A stretch of 64,000 nt of DNA, from positions 868,001 through 932,000 of the forward strand of contig OZ251247.1 in assembly GCA_965240325.2 (NCBI GenBank). The letters run 5' to 3'. The DNA is from Rebecca billardiae RCC1528 (lineage: Eukaryota; Protista; Haptophyta). The notes beneath the pieces were generated by a model. It ran no database searches. It was not told the origin of the DNA and saw nothing but the letters and a program-made list of their open reading frames with translations. Position numbers and translations under genes: made by a program. Shown here one piece after another: positions 53,249 to 64,000 of this stretch; positions within the stretch are counted from its first letter, which is position 1; each line of letters opens with the position of its first letter.

Positions 53249-53372
53249 GCCGGCGTCCGTCGGCGTCGAGCTTTGCCGCCACTGTGCGGTGCTGCCCAAA
53301 CGGAAAGGCGGTCCGTCCGGTCCGGCCGCAGCCCGATGGCACGAGGGGCCGGTCGGGGCGGCGGGCCGCACG

Positions 53373-54588
53373 ATGGGGTTCGGGCGCACCGCGCCGCCCT
53401 GGCGCTGTGCGTGCTCGCGCCGCCCGTGCTGACCGCCGAGCCGCCGCGCGCGCGCGGCGACGTCGCGGGCGTCCCGGACGTCGGCGTCACGCCCTCGCCG
53501 TGCGCGGTGCTGTGGCGCGCCGCTCGGCTCTGTCGCTGCTGCACGGCGAGCACGAGCTGCACGCGGGGGCGAAGCAGTCGTCGGTGTTCGACTTGTTCGA
53601 GCCCGAGTGGGCGTGCGAGTCGGAGGAGCGCCCCGGCGGCCCCGTCTTCCCCCAGCTCGACCCGCCCTACCTCGCGTACGGCGACGGCCCCAAGTGTGTG
53701 TGCGCCGTGGACAAGCTGCGCGCGCCCTGCCTGGTGTACAGCGTGGGCAGCGACGACGACTGGACGTTCGAGGCGGCGGTGCGCAGCCGCACGCCGTGCG
53801 AGGTGCACACGTTCAACCACACGCTCGCGCGCCGCGGGCTCAACTTCAGCGGCGCCGCCGTCGCCGCCTTCCGCCCGCTCGGGCTGAGCGACCGCGACGG
53901 CGCAGACGCGGAGGAGGCGGCGGAGGCGCGCCGGGCAGAGGCGCGCGCGGCCGCGGCGGCGGCGGCGCGGGCGGGTGGTGGTGGCGGTGGTGGTGGCAGC
54001 GGCAGCAGTGCTGCGCGGCCCGCCTCCGCCGGCGCCGCGCCCGCCGCGCCAGCGGGCGCGCGGCGCGGCCTAGAGCCCGGAGTGGCCGAGGCGGAGGGCG
54101 GGCCTATGCGCACGCTGCAGTCGATGATGCGCGCGCTCGGGCACAGCGGCCGCGTGCTCGACGTGCTCAAGGTGGACTGCGAGGGGTGCGAGTGGCGCGC
54201 GCTGCCGCCCGTGCTGCACGCCATCCGCGACGGCCGGATGCGCGTCGGCCAGCTGCTCGTGGAGCTGCACCTGCAGTGGGAGGCGGGCATCTACGGCCGC
54301 CCCAAGTACGCGCGCGCGCTGCGCAACGCGAGCGCGCTCTGGGTCGGGGCGGACGGCGCGCGGCTGCGCGCGTTCCACAAGGAGCGCAACGGCTGGGGCT
54401 GCGGCAGCTGGCGCTGCGCCGAGTACGCCTTTGTGCACGAGGCGCACGCGTGCAGGGCGTTCGTCTCCACGCACTGCCCGGGGCGCCGCGCCGAGGCGGA
54501 GGTGTGCGGCGGCGCCGGCGCCGCCGCCGCGCGCCGATCTGCTCGACGACGTGCGTCCGCCGCTACTCCGCCTGCAAGATTGCTCTGA
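53373..54588 (+). pseudogene. Methyltransf_22-like copy 2 (N-terminus frameshifted)
   Basis: Near-identical to 41050-42258. The homologous ATG at 53373 reads out of frame to an early TGA, and HTFD is changed to HTFN. Confidence 0.6.
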
Positions 54589-55319
54589 TGGGCGGCCTAG
54601 TAGCAGTGCCCCGCCGTGAGTCCGCGGCACGGCCGCGGCCGCCCTGGTAGCCGTTCCCGTGCTGAGTAGCAGTAGCTAAGTCCCGCGCGGCGCACGCGCG
54701 TCGTAACGGTCGCGTCCGTTCACGGGCCCGATCACGGGCCGCTCCGTGTGACCCGTGTGGCCGTGTCCGTGAGTAGGGTAGGGGGGCCAAAGTGGCACTG
54801 TAGCATTACTGACGGCCACGAGCGCGGGTCCTAGCGAGTGTTTAGAGCTGATTTCGGGCTGGATCATTTGCCCTCTGGAGGGGTCTGGGCCGGCCATGTA
54901 AAAAAATCAGGTGCACATACCCTGAATATGGGGCGTAACGGCTAGCATATTTTATTGGGATTACCGCAAGCTCCGAGCGTCTCGAGCCCTGCTAAAAGCT
55001 CACCGCGCACGACAGGACGGACGCCACCGCGAGGATCACATGCCTCGCGATCTCATCAGCTCTCAAGCCTCTGAACCTGGCCCTTATTTCCGGCGCTCTT
55101 GCGCCGGGCCAAAACAGCGATCGAGCTCCGATCGCTCCTGGGCTCGGGGCGGTAGTATCATCGCCGTGCCGACTTACCCAGATTTTGCCGCGATCAGCCA
55201 ATCGGCGATCGCACCGTCCGTCCTGTTGCCGCTCAACTTTGTACCACTGCTTCTCGTCCATGTCCGGTGCTGCTCACCTGCTTTCCTTGGACAAATCCAG
55301 TGTACCAGCATGACGCCCG

Positions 55320-55510
55320 CGCTGCTCCGCGCTGCTCCGCGCTGCTCCGCGCTGCTCCGCGCTGCTCCGCGCTGCTCCGCGCTGCTCCGCGCTGCTCCGC
55401 GCGCTCCGCGCTGCTCCGCGCTGCTCCGCGCTGCTCCGCGCTGCTCCGCGCTGCTCCGCGCGCCCCGCGCTGCTCCGCGCTCCCGCGCCGCTGCGCCCGC
55501 GCTGCTCCGC
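55320..55510. repeat. 10-bp minisatellite (GCTGCTCCGC)n in both LTRs (second copy ~61393-61585)
   Basis: Directly visible. Confidence 0.9.
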
Positions 55511-57069
55511 GCTCGCGCGTCTGCTGCCGCGCGTCTGCTGCCGCGCGCGTCCTGGACGCGCGCGCTGCCAGCCACTGCTTCGCAGCAGCTGCTGCCGCCG
55601 GCCCGCCTGATGCGGCGCCAGCCCTGACACCCCAGCGGCAACGCCATCTGCTGAGATGCGTGCCCCAGACTGTGCCAGTTCATCCGCACTGCTGCTCTGC
55701 AGCAGCTGCGCCGCCGGTCTGCCTGCTGCAGCACCGGCCCTGACTCACCGCCGGCGACGCCATCTGCTGAGATGCGCGCCCCTGGCCTCGTCAGCTCAAC
55801 ACCCCCCCTCGACAGCCATAGCCGCGAGCGAGTAGCGCCGCTCATCGCGCGCGCGTCGGGTGTCGCACACCATGATGGCGTCGACGTGCCACTCAAACGT
55901 AGCAGCGTCGTCCGTCGCCTTCGTCATGATGTCGGCGTGGTACATTGACCTCACGCCACGTACTCCGCCTCCGTCGAGCTCAGCTGGGCCGTAACCTGCA
56001 GCCCGCTGCTGTGCCACGACACCGGCGATCCATTGTAGAAGACAATGATGCAGCCACCCGTCGACCTCCACCCGGATTCCCCTGGGTTGTTAGACCAAAC
56101 AGAGTCACCCAAAGTGAGCAAGTCGTCGAGCTCGTCAATCTCCGCGCGCTGGACCAACGCCTTGTCCGCGTCGGTCAGCCTCGCGCGCGCCGCTGCCTCT
56201 GGCAGCCGTATCCGCGTGCTCGCGTTCGTGCCGAATCGCTCGAGCCCGCCATCGATCGCCTCTGCGACCCGCGGCAACCCGCCCGCATCTGCGCGGCGGT
56301 CCCGCGCCAAAGTTGCGCCGGTGGTATCTCATACCACCAGTGCGACTGTGCCCATGGCGCGCCCGCACCGCCCCGATCGCCGGCCTGCGGCATCGGCGGC
56401 TGTGCGCCCGTGCGCCCGCGCTGCTGCGCCCGCGCTGACCCGCGCCCGCGCTGCTGCGCCCGCGCACCTGTGCTACGCGGCGGCCCGCCAGCATCTGCTG
56501 CGGCCCCGCGCCGGGATTCCGTCGGCGGGATCCGACCCTGCCGACCCAGGCTGTGTCGCTGACGCGCCTGCTCCGCCACGCCCGCCCTGCGGCGTCGGCG
56601 TCGACGGCTGTGCGCACGCGCTGCTGCGCCCGCGCGCTGTTCCGCGCCTGCGCTGCCGCGCCCGTGCGCTGTTCCGCACCTGCGCTGCCGCGCCTGCGCG
56701 CTCCGCGCCCGCGCTGCTGCGCTCGCGCGCTGTTCCGCGCCCGCGCTGCTGCGCCCGCGCGCTGTTCCGCGCCCGCGCTGCCGCGCCCGCGCGCTGTTCC
56801 GCGTCCGCGCTGCCGCGCTCGCGCGCCGACGCCGACGCATCTGCGTCGCCGTCGTTCCTGACGTCGAACTCCGTCGCGTCGTCGTCACCGGCGTCGGCCG
56901 GCGGCTCGCCGCCGTCGCCGTCATCGTCCTGCGCCGCGCGGCGGCCCGCCAGCATCTGCTGCGGCCCCGCGCCGTGATTCCGCCGGCGGTATCTGACCCT
57001 GCCGACCCGGCTGCGTCATCGACGCGCCTGTCCCGCCACGCCCGCCCTGCGGCGTCGGCGTCGACGGCT

Positions 57070-57545
57070 GTGCGCCCGCGCTGCTGCACCCGCGCTGTCC
57101 CGCGTCCACGCTGCTGCGCCCGCGCCCCGACGTTGACGCATCTGCGTCGTCGTCGTACCCGACGTCGAACTCTGTCGCGTCGTCATTCCCGGCGTCGGCT
57201 GGCTGCTCGCCGCCGTCGCCGTCATCCGCGCCCGCGCTGCTGCACCCGCGCTGTCCCGCGTCCACGCTGCTGCGCCCGCGCCCCGACGTTGACGCATCTG
57301 CGTCGTCGTCGTACCCGACGTCGAACTCTGTCGCGTCGTCATTCCCGGCGTCGGCCGGCGGCTCGCCGCCGTCGCCGTCATCCGCGCCCGCGCTGCTGCA
57401 CCCGCGCTGTCCCGCGTCCACGCTGCTGCGCCCGCGCCCCGACGTTGACGCATCTGCGTCGTCGTCGTACCCGACGTCGAACTCTGTCGCGTCGTCATTC
57501 CCGGCGTCGGCTGGCTGCTCGCCGCCGTCGCCGTCCTCGTCCTCA
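57070..57545. repeat. 156-bp tandem repeat x3 inside the Copia derivative
   Basis: GACGCATCTGCGTCGTCGTCGTACCCGACG at 57135, 57291 and 57447. Confidence 0.85.
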
Positions 57546-60500
57546 CCGTCGGCGTCACCGCCGACCGGACGATGTCCGCCGCTTACCGCGGCGCCGTCAC
57601 CATCACCCACGTACGCGCCACCGTCAGGTGCGCCCAGCGACGAGTGCCCCCCCTCGACCAGGTCGGTCTCGTCGATGCGTACGTCACGCAAGTGAAGAGA
57701 CGTCCGTCGTCTACACGACATACGTACCAGAGTACGTTGAAGCCACGGAGCTGCTCCGCGCGCGGCGCGCGCTGATCGCCGCCGCCGCTGCCTCCTCCGC
57801 CCTCGCAGCCAGTCGGTATCTCTCCGCCGTCTTGGCCGCCGCCACGATCCCCGCCGTCGCCACCGCCGCCTGAGCCAGGCGATGAGCTTCGTGCGTGGAC
57901 GTGTGGGTGCCGCCGCCACCACCGGGCGTACGACCACCTGGTTCGGTGCGCCCAGCGCCGCCGAGCCACTGCCGCGCGCTGCTGCGCGCACACACGCCGC
58001 ACCGGCGTCCTGCGCCGTGCGTGTGCTTCCGACGCCTCAGCGTCGGGTCCCCACCTGCCGCCGAATGATCTCGGCCCGCAGCATGGAATCGAGCTGAACC
58101 TCCCGGCGTGGGCCGAGTGCCATGCACTGCCCCGCCGTCACCCCGCACTCGCGCCTTGCGCGCGCGCGGATACCGCGACTCAAAGATCGCGCCAGCGCCG
58201 CCGTCTCGGCGGCACTGCCAGCTGCGCCTCGCGTCAGCTGCAGACGTAGTCTCGGCACCGCTGCGCCGCCCCGTCATGATCCCGCGCTCGCGCCTCGCGC
58301 GCGCGCGATTCCCGCGACTCAACAGTCGCGCCAGCGCCGCCATCTCGGTGGCACTGCCAGCTGCGCCTCGCGTCAGCTGCCGGCGTAGGACCAGTGCCAA
58401 GCACTGCCCGCCGCCGTAACGGCGCTCGTGTCGCCAGATTCCACCCGGACGATTCCGATAGATCCGGGTGTGCCAACCGCCGGACCTGTGTCCAGTCCGG
58501 TCGTGCCAGCCGTGCCAGCCGGACCGCAAAACCCAGTCCAGCTGCCAGCCGCCATCCGGTGCCCTAGACCACCGGACAGGTTGATGAGCCAGCCCCTCCG
58601 AGTAGATCGCCGAGCCCGCCGTCGCCGCCGTCAGCTGCCGTGCAGCCACCCGGCGCTCGGGGTGCGTGCTCGCGCCGATCGTGCCAGTAGCGCTGCTCAG
58701 TCATCCGCCGCTGCACGCAGTAGTTCTCCTGCACCAGCTGCATCCGCTCAGATCCAATCGTGAGCTTCCGGGAGGCTGTCGTGTCGGGCTCATCACCGAC
58801 AGGTACTGTTCCTCCCAATCGACGCGAAGTTCCGCGTCCGGGCCATGCGCGGAGATGATGCCGATGATCCCTGGCATCGTAGCGCCATGCCCCATCGAGA
58901 GCGTCGCCAGTTTGCCCGCGCTCTCGGCCAGGAACCTCTGCTGCATTCCATGCGACGCCAGAGTTCCTCGTTCCGCCCATCCTGCAACCGCGGCCGCTCG
59001 TGCCCATCAGCCCAATCGATGAGAAAGGACAGTGCGGACAACTCCCTCTAGGTGGGTCCCTCCCAACTGGGGCGATATTCTGGCGCACTCAGAATGACGT
59101 CCTAGATTTTGTCTCTCACCCAGAATCGACGCTATAAATGCGTCCCATCGGGGCGGAGCAAAAGTTTCGACCTCAAAACCTACTCCGCGTGCCGTCGCGC
59201 GGCCGAGCGCGCGCGCGCCGCGCCAGTAGTGTCACATAGAAATTTTGCGAAGCGTTACTTCATGGTTATGGTGGCTAGATGGCGACATGCGATCGAAATT
59301 ACTTATTGACAACCGTTGACACCCGACCGAACCATTTTATGAAGCAAAGAGTGGGGCTCTATGCTGTGGGCTGATACCTCCAACAAACTACAGCAAGATC
59401 GAGCATATTACCCACTTCATATATAGCCACTTACCCGTATATAGTATGAGTGTTACCCACTTTATATTGACCGTGGATGCGGTTCACTATGTATTCAAAT
59501 TCGTTCCGATATGTGGGTACGTTTGTTGGGTCATCGAATAGGCGCCGAGCGACGCGGACACAGGCAACCCGGGCCGCAACCGGACTGCCTGCGAGTGGCA
59601 GTGTTTGTGGCGGGCTGCGTGCCGAGGCACACACCATCGCCCGCCACCGAGCATGCCACCGTCGTCACACGGGAGCCCTCCGCCGTCGAGGCTGGACTAT
59701 CAGCCAACGCCACCGCCGGAGCTTGCCGCGTTCGGCGGCTTCCGTGCTCGTACTCCGCGTGTGACCGGTCGTCGTATGCCCACCCGCGTGAGGCCGCCAC
59801 CAGTCCATGACTACCGCAGCTGCAGCCCATGCCGCCGACGATGCCTCCTACCATCTTCTCGCCAGGCAGCAATACGATAGGTTCACCGACGCTGCTGCTA
59901 GGCTCAGAGCACTCAGCCAGTTGGCCGGCGAGACGTCAGATGGTTGAGCTGCTGGCCTAGCCATCACGTTGCGGCTTCCGCTCGCTCAAGTACACCCAAC
60001 GTGACGACGAGAACGTGCCGGGCAATCATCAGACATGCGTCTGAGGGGTCTACTACGCCTAGCCGTAGAGTTGCTGAGTACGAGTCTTCGCAGACCACAA
60101 GCGGAACGAGTGGGACCACCCAATGGCAGGAGCAACAGCGTGGGGTGGCACCCGCGCCTGTCAACGCGACCGCGTTCTGTCAAGAATGGACCCATATCCT
60201 GCGACCACCCTCGAGCACCGCATACTATGCCCACACTCGGCATAGGGAAGGATCGCTGAGCGCCTGCTGCCGCTGTCAAAGGCCCTGCTGATCTTCCTGG
60301 CGCTGGATCGTGCACACGGATGGCAAGTCGGCGTGCTCGCCGCACATCGCGGCGGCTTCTCAGCATCCCAAGTCCTCAGTGCACCCATCCTAGGCCTGCT
60401 GGTCGATGATTGGTACCAACCCCCACCAAACACGCCCTCTCGGAAGTCGCCAATCGCTCACATGGCTCCCCGAGAGCCCGGGGCTGGCTGTCGTGCGTTC

Positions 60501-63424
60501 TCACGAGCAGCTTGCGCACAGCCCAAATGTCACCTTCACGGTGCGTTGAGCTGCTCAAGATGGCGGGAGCGTCAAGAGCATGCCCGTGCACGACACTGGC
60601 CCATGCCTCCCGTCGCCTGACCCGCATGTGGCAAAAACTGACCCTGCTCAAAGGCACGGGTCGAACACCCGCCGATCGATTCAAGTTGTCTGTACGCGTC
60701 TAGCCGGGCGAGAGTCAAACATGCGGGCACGTGCCAGGCGGGGGATGTGTGACCACGGATCCCATCCGTGAGCACGCGCAAAGCGCTGGAGCGCGCGATA
60801 GGTGTTGGCTGTGGTCTACCCGACACACGGCGGCTCGGTCGCGCTGGAGAGGCGCTCCGACATCGTCGGGAGCGTTCAGATCGGACCTCGGCCGGCGGCC
60901 CGGCGATTTTCCCGAGCCGCGCCCCGCGCGAAAGAAATCAGGCCAGAAAACCCGGTAAATGTTTAAAAGACCGCTGGAAAATCGCCAGGGACCCACCTAC
61001 TCCCTCCCTGGGGTTGCTGCGCGCATATTGGGATTACCGCAAGCTCCGAGCGTCTCGAGCCCTGCTAAAAGCTCACCGCGCACGACAGGACGGACGCCAC
61101 CGCGAGGATCACATGCCTCGCGATCTCATCAGCTCTCAAGCCTCTGAACCTGGCCCTTATTTCCGGCGCTCTTGCGCCGGGCCAAAACAGCGATCGAGCT
61201 CCGATCGCTCCTGGGCTCGGGGCGGTAGTATCATCGCCGTGCCGACTTACCCAGATTTTGCCGCGATCAGCCAATCGGCGATCGCACCGTCCGTCCTGTT
61301 GCCGCTCAACTTTGTACCACTGCTTCTCGTCCATGTCCGGTGCTGCTCACCTGCTTTCCTTGGACAAATCCAGTGTACCAGCATGACGCCCGCGCTGCTC
61401 CGCGCTGCTCCGCGCTGCTCCGCGCTGCTCCGCGCTGCTCCGCGCTGCTCCGCGCTGCTCCGCGCTGCTCCGCGCGCTCCGCGCTGCTCCGCGCTGCTCC
61501 GCGCTGCTCCGCGCTGCTCCGCGCTGCTCCGCGCGCCCCGCGCTGCTCCGCGCTCCCGCGCCGCTGCGCCCGCGCTGCTCCGCGCTCGCGCGTCTGCTGC
61601 CGCGCGTCTGCTGCCGCGCGCGTCCTGGACGCGCGCGCTGCCAGCCACTGCTTCGCAGCAGCTGCTGCCGCCGGCCCGCCTGATGCGGCGCCAGCCCTGA
61701 CACCCCAGCGGCAACGCCATCTGCTGAGATGCGTGCCCCAGACTGTGCCAGTTCATCCGCACTGCTGCTCTGCAGCAGCTGCGCCGCCGGTCTGCCTGCT
61801 GCAGCACCGGCCCTGACTCACCGCCGGCGACGCCATCTGCTGAGATGCGCGCCCCTGGCCTCGTCAGCTCAACATATTTACTTATTAGAATGAGCCTGAA
61901 CTTATTGGAAACGGCATGTAACGGTCGTCCTATATGTGACATATAGACCATGTCGACCTCACTTTGTTAGAGCATCTCAGCGAGATCGTTCTGAGTCCCC
62001 AGCAGCAGCAGGTCCCAACATGCGATATAGGCTGTGTACTGGCAGGCGGTCAAATATGTAGTTTCCTAGAAGCCACCGATCGTTACATACCCACTGTGTA
62101 TATAGGCGCCATGCTGATGAATACAGCCTCATCTGATCTCGAGCTGCGAGATACGTTTTCAGACTGTGTATACGGCCACGCGTACGGCGTATTGCAGACA
62201 TATTAGACCCAAAGCACCGGCCCCACGTCCTCAGCCCGGGAGTGCTCTCGGTCATAGTCAAGGTTTAAAGTCACTCGAGCCAACCGTCACCGCTCCCTGG
62301 CCGAGACCTACGAGGCAGGTCAAATCTGTCGTCGTCGCAGTGCGGCACAGTGCCGAGCATGCGATTCGGCAGCAAACGTCTGCTCCAGGCGGTGGCTGGC
62401 GTGTCTGCACCAAACCAGGCTGGATGGGATTGGTCCACATAGGTACGCACTACCCTGTTCCGCGCTATTTCTGGGCTTAGGGGCGGATATTCGGCCTACA
62501 GAGGCTGATCCGGCGCTGTTCGGCGCTCCTGGCTGGCTGCGCGGAGCCCAACGGCAAGCGCCGGCGTGTGCAAGGTGTCAAGATTGAGACGGTCTCTGAC
62601 GCTCCCGCCGGTCTTGGGCGCACCAGGGTGCATGAGGGCCCATCTGCATCTGCTTCTGCAGGCATGAGCGTCACAGGGGCGCGCTTGCAGGCACGGTCGA
62701 GTGCACGTCGGACCTGTCGAATGAGCCAACCGCTGCCTGCGAGCACGTCCGCGACGTCCTGAGAGGCGAATGGGAGGCGCCCAGACGCCATCAGAGGGCA
62801 CACGTGACCCATACCCAACGTACTGACCATCGCAAGTGCCACGGCAGGTGCAAACACGGGCCCTACAAGCGGAACATGACAGTTGCGAGCTCCGCGGAGG
62901 TGCTGTGCGCGAGCTCGCGCCGGTCTGCTGACGGCGATTCCGGCGCAGTAGGGCAGGTTAGGCGAGCTGGGCATTCACAGACATACATGGACGATTGGTC
63001 CGAGCATCGATCTCATTGGTCCGAGTTGATCATGCGCCACACCGTGCGGTAGCGTAGCGGGCGTACGCAGCGCACCAATTCAAGCCGGCCGACGCGCGCC
63101 GCGCACGGCGCGAGGTGGCCAAGAAGCGGGTGGTGAGCCGCTGGTGGCGCAAAGGCACGGGTCAGTAGCGCCCACCAGCGTCACGCGCGCGCGCACCCGA
63201 GACCATCTCGGCGTCTCAGAGGTCGCGAGCGCGCGGCGGTCCACTGCCTCCGGCCGCTCGTGCTGGAGCGGAACCGAGCTCTGAGCGCCCGAAGGCGTCG
63301 GAGCTCGATTTTCGAGCGAGGTCCGAGAAAAAGGCTCCGCGCCACCCTAAAAGGCCGAGGGCGGAGCGAAAATGCGACGCGACTTTGCTTTTCATTTTTA
63401 AATGGGCGGTTTGGCCCCCCTAAG

Positions 63425-63757
63425 TAGGGGGGCCAAAGAGGCACTGTAGCGTTACTGACGGCCACGAGCGCGCGTCCTAGCGAGTGTTTAGAGCTGATTT
63501 CGGGCTGGATCATTTGCCCTCTGGAGGGGTCTGGGCCGGCCATGTAAAAAAATCAGGTGCACATACCCTGAATATAGGGCGTAACGGCTAGCATATTTAC
63601 TTATTAGAATGAGCCTGAACTTATCGGAAACGGTATGTAACGGCCGTCCTATATGTGACATATAGACCATGTCGACCTCACTTTGATAGAGCATCTCAGC
63701 GAGATCGTTCTGAGTCCCCAGCAGCAGCAGGTCCCAACATGCGATATAGGCTGTGTA
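63425..63757. mobile_element. 7-bp-TSD TIR transposon, copy 3 (left part)
   Basis: Starts TAGGGGGGCCAAAG and matches copy 1 up to ...GGCTGTGTA. Confidence 0.85.
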
Positions 63758-64000
63758 TAGGGGGTCCAAGCCGCGGAATTAAAAATCGAAAATCGACTGA
63801 CCGATTTCGCGGTGACCATTTCCGAACATTGTTGCCTCGAATTGCGGCAGCACGGGCCGCGGCCGTTCAGAGCACGGTCGAGCCCGAGATCGGGCGAGTA
63901 GCACGCCTGGGCGGTGGACTTCATCGTCGCGTCGGCGCGGCGGAGCGCGCTCTGGCGTCAGAGGCGCGCGGGCGGGCGAGTCAGGGTGGCCACCATGACA
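63758..64000. mobile_element. Left end of a related TIR element (TAGGGGGTCCAA) inserted in copy 3
   Basis: Homology to copy 1 stops abruptly at a TIR-like TAGGGGGTCCAAG; the other end is outside the window. Confidence 0.55.

Larger units (their letters stand above)
54953..61874 (-). mobile_element. Non-autonomous Ty1/Copia LTR retrotransposon (849-bp LTRs at 54953-55801 and 61026-61874)
   Basis: LTRs look identical by eye. TSD TATTT (54948-52, 61875-79). [12 protein letters not shown] next to the left LTR on the minus strand. Copia RNase H remnant RSTGGCIIVFYNGSPVSWHS...LSSTEAEYVA and ADIMTKA at ~55880-56110. Confidence 0.9.
54779..63422. mobile_element. 7-bp-TSD TIR transposon, copy 2, interrupted by an LTR element
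   Basis: Same TIRs as 4379-6100. TSD AGTAGGG at 54772-54778 and 63423-63429. Homology to copy 1 resumes at 61875. Confidence 0.9.

Noticed and set aside
60150-60430. Possible tyrosine-recombinase remnant (HRGGFSA...W) inside the Copia element
   Set aside because: The motif is too short and frameshifted to support without a profile search.

Overview
Very GC-rich, intron-containing eukaryotic genomic DNA. GC-AG splicing, CCCTAA/(CA)n intron repeats and a bipartite plastid-type leader suggest an alga with a secondary plastid, possibly a haptophyte (inference). Most ORFs in the supplied track are GC-rich shadow frames. Supportable genes: the 3' part of a low-complexity Gly/Asn/Gln protein; a 12-exon UDP-glucose pyrophosphorylase head-to-head with a 4-exon hypothetical protein; two paralogous XK-family membrane protein + LRR genes; an F-box/RCC1 gene; two Methyltransf_22-like copies; a small membrane protein; and a sulfotransferase-like ORF. 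About half of the window is nested transposons: (i) a TA-TSD MITE splitting a tRNA-like element; (ii) a TAGGGGGGCCAAA TIR family with 7-bp TSDs, one copy carrying a TG...TA Copia derivative; (iii) a three-level nest at 15.4-33.8 kb in which a MITE contains a split-direct-repeat DIRS/PAT-like retroelement that contains a second, related one. The strongest candidate for a new system is the XK-LRR pair. An Xkr-scramblase-like domain is fused to an array of 84-bp one-LRR-per-exon cassettes in near-identical introns. The cassettes are almost invariant except at the solvent-exposed beta-strand codons, and cassette number differs between paralogs (4 vs 5). This resembles an exon-shuffled, diversifying sensor-effector receptor.
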